14,501 nucleotides of DNA from an uncultured bacterium (GTDB lineage Bacteria > T1Sed10-126), in NCBI GenBank assembly GCA_964566495.1, contig CAZMIT010000040.1, positions 1 to 14,501 of the forward strand, in the 5' to 3' direction. Of the stretch, positions 6,516-14,501 are shown piece after piece. Below the pieces are notes generated by a model that was not told the DNA's origin, did not search any database, and saw only the letters and a list, made by a program, of their open reading frames with translations. The position numbers and the translations under genes were made by a program. Within the stretch, counting starts at the first letter, position 1. The number at the start of each line of letters is the position of its first letter.

Positions 6516-7206
6516 CGGTTCGCCCCGACTCTGTGAAATAATCTTCCGGGACCGGACAATCTTCAGCCAGGTCACGCGTTATTTGCAGCATTCGTTGTTC
6601 CAGCACCTGCGCCCGCTGTTCCTCATTCCCATCCATCTCCCAGGGCCAGAGGGGATCACCAAATTTCATCTTTATTTCTGCTAAGGGATAGGGGAAACAG
6701 AAGCGATCCCAGCTGGAAAAAAAATGTCCTCGTGTCGGCAGACCTGCCGCCGGAAGAATGGGCAGCTTAGTCCGCTCGCTAATCCCGATTATGCCTGGTT
6801 TCACCTGGAAGCGTGGGCCCACGGGACCATCGGGGGTTATCGCTAAAGTCTCACCGCTGCGGGCCAGCTTCAGCCCGCGGACCAGGGCGCTTATGCTCAA
6901 ATCCCGCAACGAGGTCCGCAGGTAATTCTGACCCATACCATCCATCATTCGGGCTACATACTCCCCATCCCGGTGAGGACTGACAAAGGTATAAAAACCA
7001 GAGTTTAAAAAATAGTGAGCCATGGGCAGAATATGGCCATGCCAAAACGACAATATAAAATTCTCCCGGGGATAAAAAAGCTCCAGATTATCGAGATCTT
7101 TTTCCTCAAAAGAGCAAGTTAAGCGGATTGTTTTCAAAAGAGGTGGAGCGACCCAGCGCGCCAGAAATGAAAAAGTCTTCTCCTCAATTTTTTTCTTTAT
7201 CTCCAT
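6505..7206 (-). CDS. DUF374 family acyltransferase (LpxJ-like lipid A late acyltransferase)
   Basis: FWHG, VSPHRDGEY, LAITPDGPVGP and SWDRFCFPYP match DUF374/COG2121 hallmarks. ATG at 7206 is coupled to the lpxB stop (TGATG) with GGAG upstream. The characterised LpxJ enzymes belong to DUF374. Confidence 0.85.
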   Translation of the reverse strand: MEIKKKIEEKTFSFLARWVAPPLLKTIRLTCSFEEKDLDNLELFYPRENFILSFWHGHILPMAHYFLNSGFYTFVSPHRDGEYVARMMDGMGQNYLRTSLRDLSISALVRGLKLARSGETLAITPDGPVGPRFQVKPGIIGISERTKLPILPAAGLPTRGHFFSSWDRFCFPYPLAEIKMKFGDPLWPWEMDGNEEQRAQVLEQRMLQITRDLAEDCPVPEDYFTESGRTGGE

Positions 7207-8336
7207 CAAACCGCACTCCCGGCTCTGAGTGTTGATAGTAGACGCTCCGCCACTTCCTCGGCGGGATTTTTGTCCGCAAAACTATTCCGGATAGACTCCA
7301 GTGTTCGCTGCTGTGAACTTCGGAGAGATTCATCGTCCAAATATTTTTCCAAGACTTCCAGCAGCCTGTCCGGCGTAAAATCATATTGCAGTAATTCCGG
7401 TATTTCGTGGCTAGATTGGAAATGGTTGGGCATTGCCGCGTGATCGACGTCCACCAGCCAGCGAGCGAGCCAGTAGGAAAGAAACGATGTACGGTAGCCA
7501 ACTATCATCGGTGTGGCTGTAAAAGTTGCCTCCATCGTAACCGTGCCCGAAGCAAGCACCGTCAGTTCGGAGTTGCTCAGCAAACTGTAAGAGTCCTCGG
7601 GCCAGAGGTGAAGGTGCTCCTCGGCGAGCTCAAAGTCATCCCTTTGCACGGTTGAAGCAACGCTAAAAACAGGTACCCAGCGGGAATATTTATTTTGTAG
7701 ACGCCGGGCGGTCTCCACCATTACTGGTAAGTGACGTTTTAACTCTCCGCTACGCGAGCCTGGAAAAAAACTCAAGATTCTTTTATTTTCGTTCAAACCC
7801 AGTCTTTCATGGACGCTATCCGGTCGACGGTGACGCCACTTCTGCAACCGGGGGTGACCAACGAAGGTTGCTTCCACACCTCGCTCGGAGTAAAAATCAA
7901 CTTCAAACGGAAAAATTACAAACAATTCATTACATCTATCTTTTAGTTTGTTAACTCTTGATTTGCCCCAGGCCCAAACTTGTGGTGGAATGTAATAAAA
8001 AATTGGCACCTCATATTTCTGTAACCGACCGGCAAGCCGCAGGTTAAAACCGGGAAAATCCATAAGCAGAATAGCACTGATATCCCCTGAGCTTACTATT
8101 TTTTCAATACGACTGGCCAATGAGAAAAAATAAGGCAGGGCAGTGACAACCTCGGCGAAACCCATCACCGCATGGTCAACTAAATTTTCAAAAAGCCGGG
8201 CTCCCGCAGCCTCCGTGTATTCACCGGCGGCCGCTAAAACCTCGCCCTCAAAACCACGTTCAAACAAAAATTCTACAAGCTCGGCTGCATACCGATCAGC
8301 AGATGAATCCCCGGTTACGAGGAGTATATCACCCAT
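7206..8336 (-). CDS. lpxB: Lipid-A-disaccharide synthase
   Basis: Motifs AVMGFAEV, DFPGFNLRL, YIPPQVWAW, IFPFE, FVGHP, PGSR, ASGT and PELLQ. Confidence 0.97.
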   Translation of the reverse strand: MGDILLVTGDSSADRYAAELVEFLFERGFEGEVLAAAGEYTEAAGARLFENLVDHAVMGFAEVVTALPYFFSLASRIEKIVSSGDISAILLMDFPGFNLRLAGRLQKYEVPIFYYIPPQVWAWGKSRVNKLKDRCNELFVIFPFEVDFYSERGVEATFVGHPRLQKWRHRRPDSVHERLGLNENKRILSFFPGSRSGELKRHLPVMVETARRLQNKYSRWVPVFSVASTVQRDDFELAEEHLHLWPEDSYSLLSNSELTVLASGTVTMEATFTATPMIVGYRTSFLSYWLARWLVDVDHAAMPNHFQSSHEIPELLQYDFTPDRLLEVLEKYLDDESLRSSQQRTLESIRNSFADKNPAEEVAERLLSTLRAGSAV

Positions 8337-9282
8337 TTAACCGTTTTAAGTTGTTCCCTTCAAGCGCATCCAGTACGTCAAAGGCCACTTTGATTGCGTC
8401 CTTGCCTTCGCTACCGCCCACAACCGGTTGTCGGTCCTCTTTAATACAATGAATAAAGTGCAGTAGCTCCCTCTTGAGGCTCTCACCCTCGGGAACGGCA
8501 GGCGTGTAAACTTCACAGTCCGGCCCCTCTTCGCCGTCCCGTAGACGCCAGACTTTGACCTCCTGGTCCTTGTAGTTTAAAGCCACGTAATTTTCAGGCT
8601 GGAATACCCTGATTTCCCTGCGGTCGTCCGGGGAGACACGACTCGCAGTAAGATTAGCCACGCAGCCGTTTTCAAATTCAAATCGAGCGTTACAGATGTC
8701 TTCAAACTCTGTAATCACCGATTCGCCGACTGTCCTGACTTCTATCAGGGGCGAGTCAACGAGACTTAAAACAATGTCAATATCGTGAATCATCAGGTCC
8801 ATTACCACACCAATATCAACCGAACGTTCGGTGAACGGACCCAGCCTGTTAACTTCAATAAACTCGGGCTGATAGATGTATTCACAGGCTGCGACAAAGG
8901 CAGTATTAAAACGTTCGATGTGTCCCACCTGGAGCAGGACTTCCTTGTTCTGGGACAGTTTAAATAATTTTTCAGCCTCTTCTAGCGACTGCACCATCGG
9001 TTTTTCAATCAGACAGTCAATTCCATTTTTCATCAGCTGAGAGCCAATGGGAAAATGATACTCTGTCGGAGCTACAACGCTGGCCGCCTCAACTTTAGGG
9101 ATCAAATCGTCGAGCTCCGAGTAATATTCAGTATCGTAATTTTCAGCAATTTTCCGGCCCTGTTTTTCATCAGTATCCACCACTCCCACCAGTTCAACGT
9201 CGTGAAACGTATTAAACAGTCGAGCGTGGTGTTGTCCAAGGTGACCAACTCCAACCACTCCTACCTTCAGCTTATCTTCCAT
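8329..9282 (-). CDS. Gfo/Idh/MocA NAD-dependent oxidoreductase, probable UDP-GlcNAc 3-dehydrogenase (GnnA-like)
   Basis: Rossmann motif GVVGVGHLG, plus IEKP, VGHIERFN, DLMIHDID and ANLTASRVS. It overlaps the lpxB start by 8 nt and has SD AAGGAG at 9291-9296. The family is secure; the GnnA function is inferred from context. Confidence 0.85.
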   Translation of the reverse strand: MEDKLKVGVVGVGHLGQHHARLFNTFHDVELVGVVDTDEKQGRKIAENYDTEYYSELDDLIPKVEAASVVAPTEYHFPIGSQLMKNGIDCLIEKPMVQSLEEAEKLFKLSQNKEVLLQVGHIERFNTAFVAACEYIYQPEFIEVNRLGPFTERSVDIGVVMDLMIHDIDIVLSLVDSPLIEVRTVGESVITEFEDICNARFEFENGCVANLTASRVSPDDRREIRVFQPENYVALNYKDQEVKVWRLRDGEEGPDCEVYTPAVPEGESLKRELLHFIHCIKEDRQPVVGGSEGKDAIKVAFDVLDALEGNNLKRLNG

Positions 9283-9329
9283 AACCGCCTCTCCTTACCT
9301 TTGTGAAAATATTATGCAAATATAGCTTC

Positions 9330-9335
9330 ATTATA
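9330..9335 (-). promoter_or_regulatory. Candidate sigma70 -10 element for the lipid A/mutL operon
   Basis: Perfect TATAAT on the minus strand in the AT-rich 9283-9393 gap, 47 nt upstream of the ATG. There is no well-spaced consensus -35. Confidence 0.4.
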
Positions 9336-9354
9336 GAGTAAACAAGTCAAAGTA

Positions 9355-9395
9355 TAACAAATAAAAGAGGCTCTGAAAAAGAAAGGTTGCCTCTT
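9355..9395 (-). terminator. Possible weak intrinsic terminator after the AsmA-like gene
   Basis: A 7-bp stem AAGAGGC/GCCTCTT (9365-9371 and 9389-9395) with a 17-nt loop is followed by TTATTTGTT on the minus strand. The long loop lowers confidence. Confidence 0.4.
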
Positions 9396-12180
9396 AATCC
9401 ATGAAAAACCTTAATATTTCCTCCACCGGTCTTCCTAAAACATCAGAAAGTATATTTCTGACCAGGTTTTCCCGAAAGTCCCGACGCACGGCCTGGCGGT
9501 CGACGTTAACCTCAACTTCCGGTATCTTGCCGACCACATCAAATTTAATTTCAACAGTTCTCTCCCTACCAATTCCTATTTGCCTGTAAATTTCGCCCAG
9601 CACGTCCTGCAGGTAACGCCGGATTGCAGACCCCCGCAAAATCAGATAATAACTGGAGTCAATTTCACCCGTTAATTTTAATGTCCCCTCACCACGCAGC
9701 GTAACGTTTTCAGACTCTAATCGGAGGTTATCCAGGTTAATAACACCATTGTTGACCGGAAAAACATTTCTGCCCGCATTTATGATTAGATCCTTCCCAA
9801 TCACTTCGAGATTCGCCACATGCTCTAAGCCCCCCACGACTGGAAATTCGGCCATCAATAGATCGGCGTGATTAATAACGATCTCACCTCGCCACTGCTC
9901 GAAATCAGCAATCGGCCCGGCCAGATCAATGCCGATGCTTGCTTTGCCCGCCACCTCTCCCTGGAAGGGGTCCACCTGCTCCGGCAATTTTTCGATTGAT
10001 ATGCCGGTAAGCGACAGATCAGTATCAACCCACTCGCCGACACTAAAACCCACGAATCCCTGTAGATTACCGTCAGCCACCTGTCCTTCAATAACCTGCA
10101 GACTGGTCGCTTGACCAATTCGTTCAAATAAAACTCCTGGATTTTCGACACGCAAATTATAAACTTCAACGTATTTAGCAGCCAGTTCACCGGTAAATAC
10201 CGGGGTACCAAGAGCACCTTCCATTCGGAAATTACCGCTTCCCTCCGCAAAAGAAATAATTTCCTCATCAAGACCAAAATCAGCAGCACTGAGTTCACTT
10301 ACACTAACATCGAGATCCCAGACCGGCTCCCGGAAACCGGGTTTATGGCTGACGCCGCCGGTTAGCATTACTTCCCCGAGGTCACGGCTTAATTTTAGGT
10401 CAGATAAATCAATATAACCGGGTTCAATATTAATATTACCCTGCAGACCAGTAAGATGAATATTTTCCATTTCCAGCTCGCCGTCGCTAAAATTTACTTT
10501 TCCATCGTAATCAAACCAGTCAACGCCGGGCGAATTAAATTGAAAATCGATTGACGCCCCACTTATATTCAACAGCCGGGGCTCCTCTGCCTGCCGCGGT
10601 AACAACTGAAATTCCGGTCTCACATGTAAAGCTTCGGCTGAGAATCTCAGCGGTTGTTGATAGACCCATTTGCCGGTCCAATTATTCCCAAAAGGGCCTG
10701 TGAAACGACCTGACAGACTTGTAGACTCGGGCTGAAAAGAACTGTAGGAGGCTACAGCCCAGATATCCTTAAAACCACCGCGCGAAAAATTAATCTCCCC
10801 ACTGCGAAGCGCTGACGCCAGCTGCAGCCCTTTTTCATCTGCAATTAAGGAGAGGTTGATAGGTATGTTGAGATGAAGCATCTCACCAAGAAACCGAGTG
10901 ACCGGTTCAACCGGTTTTGGGGCTCCCTCGCCCGGTATTCCCACCAGAGCACCGGTCAGGTTGGCCGTCACTCCCTGTCTGTCGGGCCTGACGTAGCCGT
11001 CTTCAACATTCAAAGCCGCCGACGGCAACTTGATCCGACCCTGGCGCCAGAGCAACCTATCCTCAGCAAACTCTCCAGCTATTCCCTCGACTAACACTTC
11101 AACTTCATCTCCCTCCGCTGTCTCCCAAATACCTCGGGCTGAGGCCAGATTAACATCTCCCCTTACCGTGAGTTCTGCAGGCTTGCCGGTCAGCCCTACC
11201 CGACCATAAAAAGGCTCTGCTTCCGTAATCCTGAAAGGAAGCGGTTCCGGCATTCGAGCCCGCTCAAGTGTTGCCGCAGGGTCCCACTCCCAGCTCCCTT
11301 CTATATCAACTTTGCCATCCGCGTCCACGAGATAGCCAGCCCATGATGATTGTAAATAACCCGACTGCAGATTCAATTTCGTGAGTTGAATTCCTTCTTT
11401 CCGGCCCGTGGAAGTGACCTCAGCAGTCATTTCAAGTTCAGGCAGCTGAAACTGCTCCAGCCTGATTGGTCGCCCTTGTAGTTCAGCTTCAAGTTTAAAT
11501 TGATCGGCTTCTCGTCGGTAAGAAATTCTTCCCTGCCACTGGTCCTCCAGGTGGGCAAATATCCCAAAAGGTACCCCCAGGAGATCCACCTCAAAATCTC
11601 CTCGTAGCTCCGGTTCAAGCTGTATTACACCGCGAGCTTCTACCTCTTCGCCGTGAAAATTATTTATTTTTGTCCGCACAGTATGTTCAATTTGTTCATA
11701 AACTATCTCCCGTCCACCAACTGTGAAGTTGATCTCCTCCCTCCAGCGGTAGTCTAACTCCCAGGTATCGATTCTGATCGGAAATTCAGGCGGGTCAAAA
11801 TCAATCGCTTCCCCAACTTCCGGAGCTGGCGTCATTACCAGGTTTAAGTGACCCGCGTGTACCCCAGCCAACAAATCAGGCAGACGAAAGCGACGGAATT
11901 CAACAAGGTTTTTCCAGTTAATTTCAAATTCAATGTTGTCAATAACCAGCAGAAATTCTTCTCTGTCAGTCCCCTGAATCTCAACTCGGGAGACAACCGG
12001 ATTTAACCTCCAGTTAAGATAAATATATCCCTGGGTAACCGGTCGATCAAGTTGAGATTCAACAGTCTGTTGGATCTCATTGCGCAGAGGAGGAAGGTTT
12101 AAAACGGCTACGACCGTAAGGTAGGCAAGAATAAAACATAACAGAAGAATTTTAATTACACGCATAACTATATTGGCCAT
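9394..12180 (-). CDS. AsmA-like (YhdP/TamB/AsmA clan) envelope protein, 928 aa
   Basis: Single N-terminal transmembrane anchor and AsmA-like start (LRNEIQQTVESQLDRPV). Long stretches of alternating amphipathic beta-strand sequence. AsmA-type C-terminal segment (VNNGVINLDNLRLESENVTLRGEGTLKLTGEID). GGAG upstream of the ATG. Confidence 0.75.
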   Translation of the reverse strand: MANIVMRVIKILLLCFILAYLTVVAVLNLPPLRNEIQQTVESQLDRPVTQGYIYLNWRLNPVVSRVEIQGTDREEFLLVIDNIEFEINWKNLVEFRRFRLPDLLAGVHAGHLNLVMTPAPEVGEAIDFDPPEFPIRIDTWELDYRWREEINFTVGGREIVYEQIEHTVRTKINNFHGEEVEARGVIQLEPELRGDFEVDLLGVPFGIFAHLEDQWQGRISYRREADQFKLEAELQGRPIRLEQFQLPELEMTAEVTSTGRKEGIQLTKLNLQSGYLQSSWAGYLVDADGKVDIEGSWEWDPAATLERARMPEPLPFRITEAEPFYGRVGLTGKPAELTVRGDVNLASARGIWETAEGDEVEVLVEGIAGEFAEDRLLWRQGRIKLPSAALNVEDGYVRPDRQGVTANLTGALVGIPGEGAPKPVEPVTRFLGEMLHLNIPINLSLIADEKGLQLASALRSGEINFSRGGFKDIWAVASYSSFQPESTSLSGRFTGPFGNNWTGKWVYQQPLRFSAEALHVRPEFQLLPRQAEEPRLLNISGASIDFQFNSPGVDWFDYDGKVNFSDGELEMENIHLTGLQGNINIEPGYIDLSDLKLSRDLGEVMLTGGVSHKPGFREPVWDLDVSVSELSAADFGLDEEIISFAEGSGNFRMEGALGTPVFTGELAAKYVEVYNLRVENPGVLFERIGQATSLQVIEGQVADGNLQGFVGFSVGEWVDTDLSLTGISIEKLPEQVDPFQGEVAGKASIGIDLAGPIADFEQWRGEIVINHADLLMAEFPVVGGLEHVANLEVIGKDLIINAGRNVFPVNNGVINLDNLRLESENVTLRGEGTLKLTGEIDSSYYLILRGSAIRRYLQDVLGEIYRQIGIGRERTVEIKFDVVGKIPEVEVNVDRQAVRRDFRENLVRNILSDVLGRPVEEILRFFMD

Positions 12181-12308
12181 GGCTCGCTCTCCAATACAAT
12201 CTCTTTACTTCCAAACTTTTTGTTAAACACTGTCGATAGTAACAATAATAAACCAGAATAAATTCCGCAACAAACCCAGCCGGGAAGCAGCCAAACCCGG
12301 TGGTACAT

Positions 12309-12350
12309 AAAAAAACCCCGGGCCCGGTCTTTTGACCGGAACCCGGGGTC
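12309..12350 (-). terminator. Rho-independent terminator of groESL
   Basis: The minus strand reads ACCCCGGG-TT-CCGGTC-AAAA-GACCGG-G-CCCGGGGT, a GC-rich stem of about 15 bp, running into a T7 tract about 32 nt after the groEL stop. Confidence 0.9.
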
Positions 12351-12382
12351 TCGGGGGAAGGGGTATCGGGCAATTATTAAAT

Positions 12383-14053
<1,671 letters not shown>

Positions 14054-14132
14054 TCATCATCCCTCCTTAAAAAATTTCGATTGTTCTGTTTTACGTTTTG
14101 CTCCAAAAAAATCAAAAATTCTTCAGACCAGT

Positions 14133-14420
14133 TCAAACAACTCTGGCGAGGATATCATCTCCGCCAAGAATTAGATAATCCTGACCGTCAACTTCTACCT
14201 CGGAACCCGAGTATTTACCAAAAATTACCCGGTCTCCTTCATTAACCGGCGGTTCTTCCAGTTCGCCGTCCTGTTTTTCACCAGGTCCGACGGCAATTAC
14301 TTCCGCCTGTTGAGGTTTCTCCTGAGCGGATTCCGGTATCACAATACCACCCGGAGTCTTTTCCTCTTCCGGTTCAAGAATCTTGACCACAACTCTGTTA
14401 CCTAAAGGTTGTAGTTCCAT
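14133..14420 (-). CDS. groES: Co-chaperonin GroES (Cpn10), 95 aa
   Basis: LQPLGNRVVV, mobile loop EEKTPGGIVIPESAQEKP, VIAVGPG and GDRVIFGKYSGSEV. Of three tandem ATGs, the third (14420) is 7 nt from GGAGG (14428-14432). Confidence 0.98.
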   Translation of the reverse strand: MELQPLGNRVVVKILEPEEEKTPGGIVIPESAQEKPQQAEVIAVGPGEKQDGELEEPPVNEGDRVIFGKYSGSEVEVDGQDYLILGGDDILARVV

Positions 14421-14501
14421 CATCATCCCTCCAATGTAAAGTATTGTCCATAATTCTGCCGTTAAAAAGTGTAAGGTTAATAAACAATAAGTGGTTGATT
14501 T

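Noticed and set aside
12236..12244. Extended -10-like TGTTACTAT upstream of the AsmA-like gene
   Set aside because: Plausible, but there is no -35 and the region is AT-rich, so the match is too weak to call.
12263..12302. SRP (4.5S) RNA-like words CCGCAAC and GGAAGCAGCCAA on the + strand
   Set aside because: The conserved CAGG-stem-GNRA half of the SRP helix and the long enclosing stem are missing. Only a 5-bp CCGGG/CCCGG pairing exists, so this is treated as coincidence. An Rfam cmscan would settle it.
14067..14125. AU-rich hairpin or RNA thermometer in the groES-groEL spacer
   Set aside because: The possible pairing (TTTTGATT/AATCGAAA) is weak, low in complexity and does not clearly sequester the SD.
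14427..14501. CIRCE (HrcA) operator or heat-shock promoter upstream of groES
   Set aside because: No TTAGCACTC-N9-GAGTGCTAA or convincing promoter lies in the 75 nt available. It could lie beyond the window edge, so its absence is uninformative.

Overview
Bacterial chromosomal window of about 50% GC from a diderm, LPS-producing organism. Reading the minus strand from right to left: groES-groEL, a strong intrinsic terminator, and a 928-aa AsmA-like envelope protein. Next is a tightly coupled lipid A operon (GnnA-like Gfo/Idh/MocA dehydrogenase, lpxB, DUF374/LpxJ-like acyltransferase, lpxK, waaA, lpxL-type acyltransferase) that runs directly into an endonuclease-type mutL. The first 1.6 kb is the least explained part. 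It holds a perfect 17-bp inverted repeat, an 82-bp IR-bounded structured element flanked by direct repeats, a small Xis/MerR-like HTH gene and a membrane-anchored hypothetical gene. It also holds an orphan acidic protein behind a good sigma28 (FliA/SigD) promoter with features of flagellar export substrates. GroEL is strikingly acidic, which suggests a halophilic host, and ACCGGT is over-represented. No rRNA, tRNA, CRISPR array, transposase or integrase was seen. All calls come from motif recognition by eye; no database searches were run.
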